In this document: in pieces, positions 37,473-46,785 of the stretch
How the letters are laid out: each line of letters starts with the position of its first letter
Numbering within the stretch: the first letter of the stretch is position 1
Virus record (IMG/VR): IMGVR_UViG_3300025652_000072
Coordinates: 1 to 60,037 of that record
Direction: 5' to 3' (one strand)
Source of the DNA: a virus
Lineage: Duplodnaviria; Caudoviricetes
Length of the DNA stretch: 60,037 nt
Made by a program: the position numbers and the translations under genes
The notes under the pieces: generated by a model
What the model was told of the DNA's origin: nothing
The model's database searches: none
The model's input: only the letters and a program-made list of their open reading frames with translations

Positions 37473-40070
37473 TTATCCTTTCACAATTATATCACTAGCA
37501 CCTATTGCAGTTCCTGCGATTACCGATGGACTATCTGCGCTAGTACCCAATGTTCCATCTGTTTGTACGAAATATTGTTGTCCTATGGTGAGGTCTTCTA
37601 GTGTTCCAGTAGGAGCTAGAACTATTGCTTTTCCCTTACTACTATCTCCATCATCTCTATAGAAAATAACAGCTTTATTTTCATTGCTGTCAAATGTAGT
37701 TGATGTATATTTAGTAGTTGCTGCATTAAAAGTTGCAGCAGTTGCAAAACTTATAGATGTACCTGATACAGTTCCTATAGCATATTTTCCATAATCACTG
37801 TCTGCATCATCATAGTAAGAAACAATTACTTTATTTAAATTGCTGTCAAATGCAATTCCTATAACTGCGGTAGTTCTACTTGTATCACCTGTTTCAAAAA
37901 CAGTAGCAGATCCAAAACTAATTCCAGTACCACTAACTGTTCCTACAATCGCTGTACCATCTCCACTGTTACCATTATCTTGATAAACAACAACTACTTT
38001 ATTATTACTACTATCAAAAGTTACATTTACCTCTCTTGTAGTAGCAGACTCAAATACAACAGCCGATCCAAAACTAATAGAAGTTCCAGAAATTGTACCT
38101 ACAATAGCTGTACCATAATTGCTATTTCCATTATCTTGATAAGCAACAACTATTTTGTTGTTACTACTATCAAATGTACAATTAATGTACTGAGTATCAC
38201 CACTTTCAAATACAGTTGCCGACCCAAAAGTTATATCTGTTCCTGATATAGTACCTACTTTAGCAGTACCGTACTGGCTATTTCCCCAATCTCTATAAAA
38301 TATTCCTACTTTGTTACTGTTAGAGTCAAAAACGACCTTATTATTACTATTATTAGCACTAGAATTAAATGTAGCAGGAGTACCAAAACTAATTGAATTA
38401 TCGGATGAATCTATAGTTCCTACAATAGCTTTACCAGTTTCACTAGTAGGTTGATGAGTATATACAATAACTACTTTATTTACATTGCTGTCAAAAGTTA
38501 TACCAAAGTTAAAAAGAAATGCACTCTCAATAACAGTTGGAGTACCAAATGTAATCGTTGTTCCGCTTACAGTACCCACACAAACTGTTCCGTAAGAAGA
38601 GTTACCTTGATCTGTATATGCTACAATTACTCTATTGTTAGAACTATCAAATGTTGATACTAATGATCCTTGCCCACTACCATCAGCTAATGCACCACTT
38701 TCAAAAACTGTTGCTGATCCAAGTGAGTCAGAAGCAGATGGTTGTTGCGGTATATTCCTAGCAATCGATCCAGTAGTTTTTACAGTAGCTTTTTGTCCAT
38801 CTGCATATGCTGCGTGTGCAAATCCTATGAAGTTTTCGGTTGTTATATTTGTTGTTATTGCAGGAGATAAAACTATTCCTGTACCATGCCCACTGTTTGC
38901 ACCATCTTGAAAGGTAAACAAAGCCCTTTTACTGTTACTATCGTATGCGTTTCCTTTTGGGGTAGTTGTAGTACTGTTCTCAAAAACAACAGCAGAACCG
39001 AAACTAATACTCGTACCTGATATTGTTCCTATACAAGTACTTCCTTTACTGTTTGTATCTTTATAAGAAAGAATTATTTTATTATTTGTAGAATCAAAAG
39101 AATTATTAAATGGGCTTTTAGCAGTAGGAACTACGGAAGCAGAGCCAAAACTAACACTAGTTCCACTTATAGTTGCTACTTTTGCTGTACCCACATCAGA
39201 GCCACTTGAAGAGTCATTATAAGTTATAACAAACTTATTGCTATTCGTATCAAAAACAGTGCCTTTATTAAATGAATCGGTAGCAGCAGCATGAAAAACA
39301 GCAGCGGAACCGTAGGATATAGAAGTGCCAGACACCGTTCCTACAATAGCCGTACCATGACTGCTGTTGTCTGAATCTTTATAAACAATTAACATTTTAT
39401 TTACATTGCTATCAAAAGCAATATCCATTTCCCCTGTTTCTGCACTTTCAAATACAGACTCTGAACCGAATGAAATAGAAGTACTAGACACCGTTCCTAC
39501 AATAGCAGTGCCATGTTTAGAATTACTGAAATCTTCATACGCTATGACTACTTTGTTACTATTGCTATCGAAAGCAATTGCAAGTTTTGAAGTTCTTGCA
39601 TTAAATGTTTCAGCAGAACCGAAACTAATAGACGTACCCGATACCGTGCCTACGATTGCTTGAGCATTTGATGTACCATTTGCCCATGCAATAACAACTT
39701 TGTTAGAGTTAGTATCGTATGTAATATCAGTTTCACTAGAAGCGGCTGAATTAAAAACAACTTTTGACCCAAAACTTACACTGTTATCAGAAGGATCAAT
39801 TGTTGCAACTATAGCTGTACCGTAATTAGAGTTTCCCTCATCTCTACCTGCCCAAATAATTTTATTTGTATCTGGATCGAATACAGAATTTCCATCTGTT
39901 GTATCTGCTTCATTAAAAACTACAGCAGTTCCTAATGCTTGGGATGATGGTGTAATAATACCACTAACAGTACCAGTAGAGTTTACGATAACAGGTTCAC
40001 CATCTGTTATTGCACCACTAGCAAGAGCTCGTACTTCAGCGTCTTCTGCTATGTCACCGACAAATCTCAT
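37473..40070 (-). CDS. Double beta-propeller-repeat tail/receptor-binding protein C
   Basis: Two repeat arrays separated by an ENFIGFA..ATV.T.G block. Confidence 0.7.
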   Translation of the reverse strand: MRFVGDIAEDAEVRALASGAITDGEPVIVNSTGTVSGIITPSSQALGTAVVFNEADTTDGNSVFDPDTNKIIWAGRDEGNSNYGTAIVATIDPSDNSVSFGSKVVFNSAASSETDITYDTNSNKVVIAWANGTSNAQAIVGTVSGTSISFGSAETFNARTSKLAIAFDSNSNKVVIAYEDFSNSKHGTAIVGTVSSTSISFGSESVFESAETGEMDIAFDSNVNKMLIVYKDSDNSSHGTAIVGTVSGTSISYGSAAVFHAAATDSFNKGTVFDTNSNKFVITYNDSSSGSDVGTAKVATISGTSVSFGSASVVPTAKSPFNNSFDSTNNKIILSYKDTNSKGSTCIGTISGTSISFGSAVVFENSTTTTPKGNAYDSNSKRALFTFQDGANSGHGTGIVLSPAITTNITTENFIGFAHAAYADGQKATVKTTGSIARNIPQQPSASDSLGSATVFESGALADGSGQGSLVSTFDSSNNRVIVAYTDQGNSSYGTVCVGTVSGTTITFGTPTVIESAFLFNFGITFDSNVNKVVIVYTHQPTSETGKAIVGTIDSSDNSISFGTPATFNSSANNSNNKVVFDSNSNKVGIFYRDWGNSQYGTAKVGTISGTDITFGSATVFESGDTQYINCTFDSSNNKIVVAYQDNGNSNYGTAIVGTISGTSISFGSAVVFESATTREVNVTFDSSNNKVVVVYQDNGNSGDGTAIVGTVSGTGISFGSATVFETGDTSRTTAVIGIAFDSNLNKVIVSYYDDADSDYGKYAIGTVSGTSISFATAATFNAATTKYTSTTFDSNENKAVIFYRDDGDSSKGKAIVLAPTGTLEDLTIGQQYFVQTDGTLGTSADSPSVIAGTAIGASDIIVKG

Positions 40071-40078
40071 TTAACTTC

Positions 40079-40453
40079 CTATGAAAGCTCTTCATAAGTA
40101 ACTGTATATGTTAAATCGTTAGCTGCACTTGCTGTAACACCAAGGGATTTATCTTCTTCTAAATACAACCCTTGATTTTTATCTATAATAACTACAAATG
40201 AATCTGCGGGTACTGCTATAGTAGAAGCAATAACTACTGCTGTTCCTGCTAAATCGTCATTCGGATATATTGCTACAGTTATGGTAGCTGAGTTTGTACC
40301 ATCTACGTTAGATATAATCAAGCTATTAACTTTCATTACCTTGCCAGATGATGCAGGGTTATTCAAAGCATTTACTGCTCCTGTTCCTGCTAATAATGCT
40401 GTTGCTGTCTTTGCCGTGATCGTAGCGACATTGACAATATTAGGTGCTGCCAT
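40079..40453 (-). CDS. Virion structural protein
   Basis: MAAPNIVNV..., IISNVDG, YLEE; beta-rich. Confidence 0.6.
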   Translation of the reverse strand: MAAPNIVNVATITAKTATALLAGTGAVNALNNPASSGKVMKVNSLIISNVDGTNSATITVAIYPNDDLAGTAVVIASTIAVPADSFVVIIDKNQGLYLEEDKSLGVTASAANDLTYTVTYEELS

Positions 40454-40466
40454 CTTTTATCTCCTT

Positions 40467-41303
40467 TTAACCAAAAACCATTGCCATTGCGATCGCTTTT
40501 CCTGTACTTGCTTTACTAGTTACAGAATTTATTTCTGCTCCTGTGACAGTAACTAGAGTAGAACCTAATACTAATCCATTACTACCATCATGGGACGCAA
40601 CTGTAAAATTATTAGTTCCATCTGCTATAGTTGCATTCCCATTTATAGTTGTTGCTCCTGTTATAAGTAAGGTATCTGTCCCATCTTCATCATATTCCAT
40701 AGTGACATCTTGACCACTACCAAATTTGATTTGTTTATCATCAGCTATATAAACATCACCCCACTCTAAAGAAGCTGTTCCTATATCAGCTCCCCCAGAA
40801 GTATCAGGGACAATAGCTGTGGAAGCACTTAATGTAGATGCTTTAGTCGTTCCTGCTAAACTTACATCAGTAAAAGCATCATAAACAATAGCACCAGAAC
40901 CTCCACCATCTGTAACAATTACCTTTACATTGCCGTTTGGAATCGTAACTGAAGCACCGCCGCCACTTCCTTGTTTAATAATAGTAGAGTAAGGGCCACT
41001 AGAACCTGAATCTGTAGTAGCGTTTTCAATTATCCATATTTTAGAAACAGTATCAGGAGCTAACGTAACGGTACAGTTTTGTCCTAACGCCCCTGTAAGT
41101 TTAAGATAAAAAGATCTTACACCATCAGAAGTTGCATCTGCCATTGTAATCGTAGCTGTAGACGCATTACTTAATGCCTCTGTACCATAACCAAAAGCCT
41201 CACCTATCAGCTCTAAATTAGTGTTTGTTGCTGTTCCCCACGTTCCAGAACGCTCTCCTGAGCCTATTTCTTCTAATCTTAAATTGTTTACATATGTGCT
41301 CAT
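40467..41303 (-). CDS. Tail fibre/adaptor protein
   Basis: GERSGTWGTATNTNL N-terminus; GKAIAMAMVFG C-terminus. Confidence 0.6.
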   Translation of the reverse strand: MSTYVNNLRLEEIGSGERSGTWGTATNTNLELIGEAFGYGTEALSNASTATITMADATSDGVRSFYLKLTGALGQNCTVTLAPDTVSKIWIIENATTDSGSSGPYSTIIKQGSGGGASVTIPNGNVKVIVTDGGGSGAIVYDAFTDVSLAGTTKASTLSASTAIVPDTSGGADIGTASLEWGDVYIADDKQIKFGSGQDVTMEYDEDGTDTLLITGATTINGNATIADGTNNFTVASHDGSNGLVLGSTLVTVTGAEINSVTSKASTGKAIAMAMVFG

Positions 41304-41312
41304 ATTAACTCC

Positions 41313-42116
41313 TTATGCTGCAATTTCTTTCCAATTAGGTTCTTGGTCAGGTACATTTAATCCCCAAACAAACCCTACTCCCACAATACCAACCGCACCT
41401 GATCCTGTGACATCAATAGGAATATTTGCATCTCCTGTTACATTAACACTATTAACTGCTCCGGTAGCAAAGAGACTAGCAACGTTTATAGAAAAGTTTG
41501 CATCTCCTTCTACACTAACTGCAGACAACCCTCCTGTACCTGCAACACCTGAAACAGTGACTGTAGCTGTTCCATCTAAATTAGCAGTACCTACTCCTCC
41601 TGTACCAACAATATCTGTGGTGGTTATGGTAACCGTACTTGCACCTGAAACAGAACCTGCACCCCCTGTTGCCATTCTTCCTACAGGCACTACAGATATA
41701 TTATACATCGTTACTGAACCGCCCATACCACTATGATTAGTGCAATAATAATAGAGCGTATTGGGAGCATCATGTGGAACAGCAAAGGTAACATTTGCCC
41801 CTGATTGTCCTGCGGTTCCGTTAACAGTTACCCCTGATGTATAAGCTGACCCACCTCCATGTGTACCATCAGAAGTAGTAGAAAATCGGAATGGATGACC
41901 ACTAACAGAGGAGTCAGATACATCAAATACATACGTTTTTTCTCTTGCTAAAACAAGAGTGATTTGTTGAACGCCTCCTATAAAATATTTATTTCCGCTT
42001 CCCGTAGAAACTACGGTAACCGTTTTATTTAGAACTATTTCCGTATTCCACGACTGCGTGTTCCACGCTTGACTAAGGCTCCCCCAACCTAGATATGGAA
42101 CAACTGCATCGGCCAT
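41313..42116 (-). CDS. Virion protein with a cupredoxin-like insert
   Basis: TYVFD.SD....GHPFRFS...LYYYCTNHSGMGG. Confidence 0.55.
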   Translation of the reverse strand: MADAVVPYLGWGSLSQAWNTQSWNTEIVLNKTVTVVSTGSGNKYFIGGVQQITLVLAREKTYVFDVSDSSVSGHPFRFSTTSDGTHGGGSAYTSGVTVNGTAGQSGANVTFAVPHDAPNTLYYYCTNHSGMGGSVTMYNISVVPVGRMATGGAGSVSGASTVTITTTDIVGTGGVGTANLDGTATVTVSGVAGTGGLSAVSVEGDANFSINVASLFATGAVNSVNVTGDANIPIDVTGSGAVGIVGVGFVWGLNVPDQEPNWKEIAA

Positions 42117-42575
42117 TTAAGCAATCCGAATAATCGCATTTGAAGCATCAGCGGTAGGAAAAACAATGGTAAAATCGCCAGAACTTGCCGCTTTATCTGC
42201 ACTAAAATCTAAAACTAATACGGTAGGGTTAGTAACAGAAATAGAAGTAGTATCAGGGCTAGTATTATAAACTAATGCACCCCTAACAGCAGAAAGAGTA
42301 ACGTTTGAAAAAACTAAATCATCAAAATCTACTAACGCTGTTGTTCCAGAAGTAGTAGGGTCTACTGAGTTAAGCGTTCCTCCCCCTGCACTGTAGTTTG
42401 TGCCAGATACTTCATTACCTGTAGTATATGCAGTCGTAGCTGCGTTGAAAGAAGCACTATTTGTATACAATGCGAGTTTGAATGTATCTCCTGAAGCAGA
42501 GGTATCAAAATCATGTACGCCAAAAAGTAGCTCTTTTTTAAAAGAGGTACACATAAAATTCCCACTAAACGCCAT
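42117..42575 (-). CDS. Virion structural protein
   Basis: CTSFKKELL.G.HDF, FKLALYT, AIIRIA. Confidence 0.65.
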   Translation of the reverse strand: MAFSGNFMCTSFKKELLFGVHDFDTSASGDTFKLALYTNSASFNAATTAYTTGNEVSGTNYSAGGGTLNSVDPTTSGTTALVDFDDLVFSNVTLSAVRGALVYNTSPDTTSISVTNPTVLVLDFSADKAASSGDFTIVFPTADASNAIIRIA

Positions 42576-42576
42576 A

Positions 42577-42870
42577 TTAAAGTCTCCTTATAAGTTCCGC
42601 TAGTTCTGGGTGTCCTGCGTCTACTAAAGCGTTAAAAACAGTTGTTCTATCACTTTGTACCGCCTGTTTCATGTAAGAAGCAATCACTTTCTCAATATGA
42701 ACACTAAATGCACGAGCTTGCTCTCTTATCGCAGGTTCTGCTTTGTCAGAAACAAAAACTAGTTTTTTAACACATCGAGAAGCTACCTCTTCAGGAGAAG
42801 CCCCCCTATTATTAGTTGTATGCACCTCTACCGCAAAATCATCAGGTAGTTTTAAACTATCTGTAAACAT
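42577..42870 (-). CDS. Hypothetical protein
   Basis: Packed ORF in the structural operon. Confidence 0.65.
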   Translation of the reverse strand: MFTDSLKLPDDFAVEVHTTNNRGASPEEVASRCVKKLVFVSDKAEPAIREQARAFSVHIEKVIASYMKQAVQSDRTTVFNALVDAGHPELAELIRRL

Positions 42871-43724
42871 TATGTCCTAGCTTTCTTTATATATCCTGCA
42901 GAATAATCATCAGTAACTTCTAACGCTTCACCCATGTTTTTCAACCGACTAATTGCTTCTGCGTATCTTTGATTATACATAGTCATTATATCCTGTTCGC
43001 CTTTCATGAAAAGGTAACACTCAGAAAGAGAAGCATACAACAATGCTATTTCTCCGTTTTCACTAAGCCAACTATTAGTAGTATCTGCACCCAATGAAGT
43101 TATCACACCAGTTGCGCCACTTGTACCTCCTGTTACAGTTTCACCCACTGTATAGTTCTGGCTCGGTATCCTAACAGTGATACTTGTAGCTGTATCTACA
43201 ACCGATATAGGTGAGCTTTGTCCACTTGTACCTCCCGTTATTGTTTCGCCTATAACAAAAGTACCTGAAACATCGCTCATGCTTACCAAGTAAGAGCTTT
43301 CAGTTAAACTGAGAGGTCTGTAAAAATAACTCAAATTAGCCGTAAAAGTATCATTCGGTGTAGGGGCTAAAACAAAATAATTTACATCAAACTGTCCATA
43401 ATATTTAGGAACACCTGTTGTTGCCGCATTAGGGTTGTAAGACTGAACAAACTCTAACTCTTTAAACTGTAAATATTCATATGAGCTACTGTTCGTAATG
43501 CTCAAAGAATGTGGGGATAAAAAATCGCTAGGAACAGCTAGATACGCATTACCTGTAGATAAATCCCCTGTTACATTTTTTTGAAAAACATTTAACTGAG
43601 TAGATTTTAATATCCGCTCTTCTGCTAAACGAATAAACATATCCATAGAATTAAGGAACGTACTTTCCGTATTTTGCGTATAGTTTTGTAACGTTTCTTT
43701 TAATGTTGTGTAGGTAAAACTCAT
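42870..43724 (-). CDS. Head-tail adaptor (tail tubular A-like) with a GETITGGTSG insert
   Basis: FIRLAEERI, GVPKYY, APTP, WLSEN..LLY. Confidence 0.65.
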   Translation of the reverse strand: MSFTYTTLKETLQNYTQNTESTFLNSMDMFIRLAEERILKSTQLNVFQKNVTGDLSTGNAYLAVPSDFLSPHSLSITNSSSYEYLQFKELEFVQSYNPNAATTGVPKYYGQFDVNYFVLAPTPNDTFTANLSYFYRPLSLTESSYLVSMSDVSGTFVIGETITGGTSGQSSPISVVDTATSITVRIPSQNYTVGETVTGGTSGATGVITSLGADTTNSWLSENGEIALLYASLSECYLFMKGEQDIMTMYNQRYAEAISRLKNMGEALEVTDDYSAGYIKKART

Positions 43725-44023
43725 GAAATAACAACCTCCACTTTACCAATAGAAGTAATTGCATGTGTGGAAGCAATTTTCAAAGGTGGAAATATTTCCT
43801 GCCCAACAAAAACATCTAACCCTTCAGCCCTATCTGGTCTAGGGTCATACAATGCCTCTGGTTCAAAAGGAGGTGGGGGTGGTTCTAATTGTGGGTGTTT
43901 AGGTTCAAAACACTCAGGACATACTTTCAAATTGTTCCACTCTTTTTGCAAAGAAGTATATGGGTACTCAAACCCACAACGATCACAAATTGCTTTTGCG
44001 TATTTTCCAGATACATACTTCAT
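43721..44023 (-). CDS. Small Zn-binding protein
   Basis: ICDRCGF...VCPECFEPKHPQL. Confidence 0.65.
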   Translation of the reverse strand: MKYVSGKYAKAICDRCGFEYPYTSLQKEWNNLKVCPECFEPKHPQLEPPPPPFEPEALYDPRPDRAEGLDVFVGQEIFPPLKIASTHAITSIGKVEVVIS

Positions 44024-44922
44024 CGTATAAACGTATAGTAGTCGCGACTAGGGGTTAAACTTAGGCTTGCTCTATCTCTATCTTCAGCGGCTGCTCTTTC
44101 AAACTCTTCTTCATATACTGCTTTTAAAATTTGAGTTCGTTGCGGAGCGCGTTTAAGAGAAATGTAATAAGCTAATCCTGCAGACAAACAGGGGTAAAAC
44201 CTAAAAGGTACATCTACCGTATTTTGTGGGTTATCTACATCATCTATTCTAGTTAATTTATCATATACTAATGTGTAAGTATTATTATCTGGAGTAGGCC
44301 ACAGTTTTATAGAGGGAGTAATTAACCTATCCACATAAAATTGTGTGGGTCGTGAGGTACTGTTTTTAGTAGCAATGTTGATGTAAGCATCTCTACTAAT
44401 TCTACTTATAGCAACATCTGTTTGGCCTGAACCTGTTCCTGTTCTAATAACAGCAGACAATACATCAATAGTTGACTGTATGGGTGTTAAAGAAATAGCA
44501 GCGGAAACGGTGGTGGTTGCCCCACTTGTTGCACCTGTTATCGTTTCCGCTGCAACAAATGTTCCTTCAGGTATTGTAATATCTATAGCAGTAGAAGAGC
44601 GAATACTCGTAATACTTGCTGTAGCTCCACTAGTACCCCCTGTTATTGTTTCTGCTACTGAAAAAGAGCCACTAGCTGCAACGGTCATAGTAAGCGTTCC
44701 GGCAGGGTAAATAGCAATTCCTGATGCAAGAGGCAAAGTAGCTTGCTCTATTGTCCATCTGTTTAAGCCTCTATTAGCCCAATCAGCAAACAATAAATTT
44801 AAAGACCTACGCGCACTCGTGAGGTCCCAACCTGTACGCACTTCGAGGCCGCATCTTTCAAATGCTTCCTCGACGTACTCAGCTACATCAAGCTCAAAAT
44901 CAGTAGAACCAGAAACTGCCAT
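44020..44922 (-). CDS. Head-tail connector-like protein with an ETITGGTSG insert
   Basis: EEAFERCG, ARRSLNLLFADWANRG, LWPTPD, PFRFYPCL. Confidence 0.65.
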   Translation of the reverse strand: MAVSGSTDFELDVAEYVEEAFERCGLEVRTGWDLTSARRSLNLLFADWANRGLNRWTIEQATLPLASGIAIYPAGTLTMTVAASGSFSVAETITGGTSGATASITSIRSSTAIDITIPEGTFVAAETITGATSGATTTVSAAISLTPIQSTIDVLSAVIRTGTGSGQTDVAISRISRDAYINIATKNSTSRPTQFYVDRLITPSIKLWPTPDNNTYTLVYDKLTRIDDVDNPQNTVDVPFRFYPCLSAGLAYYISLKRAPQRTQILKAVYEEEFERAAAEDRDRASLSLTPSRDYYTFIR

Positions 44923-44932
44923 AAACTACACC

Positions 44933-45190
44933 TTAACTGTAAGGGCCTTTGACCATACCGCCACGGGCCATTTTCTTAACCTTGCCTCCGCGAGCCATTT
45001 TCTTAACGCTACCGCCATATCGTTTTTTCATTGGTTCTTTTTTATCTTTCTTTTTAGGCATTTTGCCTGTTTTAGGATCTCTCAAATCATCTGCATTGTC
45101 TTGAGACATTTGATCCATCTTTTTTTGTTTTAAAGCATCTGCTCTTGATCTAGGTACTGGTGGGCTTTTCTTCTTAGTTTTAGCAGCCAT
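44933..45190 (-). CDS. Small Lys-rich protein with repeated MARGG motifs
   Basis: KKRYGGSVKKMARGGKVKKMARGGMV. Confidence 0.6.
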   Translation of the reverse strand: MAAKTKKKSPPVPRSRADALKQKKMDQMSQDNADDLRDPKTGKMPKKKDKKEPMKKRYGGSVKKMARGGKVKKMARGGMVKGPYS

Positions 45191-45405
45191 TATGCTCTCC
45201 TTTTTTTGCGGTTTTCTGATTGTCTAATTTTTGCAAACGCATCTCTTGCAGGAGCTCCAGGAGCTCCTTTTTTACGCATTTTTTCACCGCTTCCTGCAGC
45301 TATCCTTTTTCTTTTTGCATTGATATTAGCATAAAGTCCAGGAGGTTTTTTGCGTCCAGATTTTTTAATTTGTTGTGCCATTTGTTTCCTCGAAATAGTC
45401 ATCAA
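45190..45405 (-). CDS. Small basic protein
   Basis: GLYANINAKRKRI..GSGEKMRK.G..GAP. Confidence 0.65.
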   Translation of the reverse strand: MMTISRKQMAQQIKKSGRKKPPGLYANINAKRKRIAAGSGEKMRKKGAPGAPARDAFAKIRQSENRKKRRA

Positions 45406-45560
45406 ACTAATTTATCTAAAGCAGCCGCACCGATAATTAAAATAACGATACCCCACATTCTTAAATCTAACTTATCTAAAACTTTTTCTATATGAGAGTA
45501 TCTTCTGTTGCATTCTGCTTCATGCTTTTCTAGCAATTTCAACACTTCTTTTGCATCCAT
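45402..45560 (-). CDS. Small coiled-coil plus TM protein, 52 aa (MDAKEVLKLLEKHEAECNRRY...); not in the ORF track
   Basis: Manual translation; fills the gap exactly. Confidence 0.6.
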   Translation of the reverse strand: MDAKEVLKLLEKHEAECNRRYSHIEKVLDKLDLRMWGIVILIIGAAALDKLV

Positions 45561-45562
45561 AG

Positions 45563-45847
45563 CTACCATGCCTTACACGACCAATATCGCGCACTGAATT
45601 TATCTTTTGCAGTAGCGCAATTATGCCTTGCTCTAAATGATTTTCTTCTAGCAGGTTGTTCTTTTTTAATAGACATATTAGGGTCTCCAAACCGCACTAA
45701 CTTTATCTCGTTACCTTTTTTAGCTAGAACAGCTGACTTCTTTGGCCCATCTGGTGTTCTTTTCGGTTTATTAAAACCTGAAAAAGACATTCCACGGTAA
45801 GTAATTCTACCAGACGGGCTTCTTTTGACATCTTTCGTAGTAGCCAT
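45563..45847 (-). CDS. Small basic conserved phage protein
   Basis: LVRFGDPNM, ARRKSFRARHNC, ARYWSCKAW. Confidence 0.7.
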   Translation of the reverse strand: MATTKDVKRSPSGRITYRGMSFSGFNKPKRTPDGPKKSAVLAKKGNEIKLVRFGDPNMSIKKEQPARRKSFRARHNCATAKDKFSARYWSCKAW

Positions 45848-45855
45848 AGGGTTCC

Positions 45856-46131
45856 TTACGCATAAAATATAGTCATAGCAGTAATGTTTGTCGCCGTAGC
45901 AACATACACATCTGAGGTAAACAACACCCCTTCATCTGGAATGTTTACAGAGTGTGTTTGACTTGCTGTGAAATCTAAATCTAAAAGGGTTGAACCTCCA
46001 TTGCCATCAGAAAAAGTTAAACGACCTGCTCCTGCGGCTACCAAAACTTGTACCTGACGTAGCCGAGCACGACCAGTAGAGGCCGCACCCGTCCCTGTCA
46101 GACGTTTAGCTTGTACATCTGAGTTTGCCAT
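45856..46131 (-). CDS. Small virion protein
   Basis: GGAGAGG RBS; beta-rich. Confidence 0.6.
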   Translation of the reverse strand: MANSDVQAKRLTGTGAASTGRARLRQVQVLVAAGAGRLTFSDGNGGSTLLDLDFTASQTHSVNIPDEGVLFTSDVYVATATNITAMTIFYA

Positions 46132-46143
46132 TTAGACCTCTCC

Positions 46144-46626
46144 TTATGAAGCATCAGACGAGCTAGAAATCCCGAAAAATTTCAAAACAATTACTGTATC
46201 ACTTCCAGGATCACCAGAAACAACTAACTCAACTTCATCTGCTGTAGCACCACTAGCCGCAGTAGTATAACCAGACATGCCAAGAACACCATTACACCCA
46301 AAAAATCCTTTAAACCCAACCGAATTAACAGCGGCAGAAATACCATCTACATAACCGTCTGTATCTGCATCTGTACCAATATCATTTAGATTAACAGCGT
46401 TTGTTGATGCAGTAGTTACTGCTACAGTGACGCCCATCGGTATAAAGTTAGAAGGAATACCAATAGCCGCTTCTTTACCCGTAGTAGCACCATTTGCAAC
46501 GGTGATTGTTGCTTCATATGTTTGTAGAGTCATAGTGCTTGTGACAGCACCTGTTGTTGTATTTTTAGTTATATCTGAAAAACCGTTTTCAGAACGCACT
46601 GGTCCTGAGAAAGTAGTATTAGCCAT
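46144..46626 (-). CDS. Virion (capsid-associated) protein
   Basis: MANTTFSGPVRS N-terminus; follows the major capsid gene. Confidence 0.6.
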   Translation of the reverse strand: MANTTFSGPVRSENGFSDITKNTTTGAVTSTMTLQTYEATITVANGATTGKEAAIGIPSNFIPMGVTVAVTTASTNAVNLNDIGTDADTDGYVDGISAAVNSVGFKGFFGCNGVLGMSGYTTAASGATADEVELVVSGDPGSDTVIVLKFFGISSSSDAS

Positions 46627-46694
46627 ATGTGTTTCTCCTGTCTTGGCTAGTGTCAGTTACACGATGCAACTGTCAGGGATAAGTTACCGTACAC

Positions 46695-46721
46695 AAAAAA
46701 ACCCCCTTGCACAAGGGGGTT
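46695..46721 (-). terminator. Rho-independent terminator
   Basis: acccccttg / caagggggt stem with a T-run on the minus strand. Confidence 0.6.
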
Positions 46722-46723
46722 GA

Positions 46724-46739
46724 TGTTTCACGTGAAACA
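46724..46739. promoter_or_regulatory. parS: parS-consensus palindrome TGTTTCACGTGAAACA
   Basis: Perfect 16-bp match to the bacterial chromosomal parS consensus; intergenic. Confidence 0.75.
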
Positions 46740-46755
46740 ATTTTCACGTTTAAAT

Positions 46756-46781
46756 AAAAAAGGGGGGAATAATCCCCCCTT
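46756..46781 (-). terminator. Terminator after the major capsid gene
   Basis: G-run / C-run stem with a T-run on the minus strand. Confidence 0.75.
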
Positions 46782-46785
46782 AATA

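Noticed and set aside
34256-40070. Regularly spaced DNA repeats as a CRISPR array or DGR template/variable repeats
   Set aside because: They are in-frame, degenerate protein repeats; no cas or reverse transcriptase gene was recognised.
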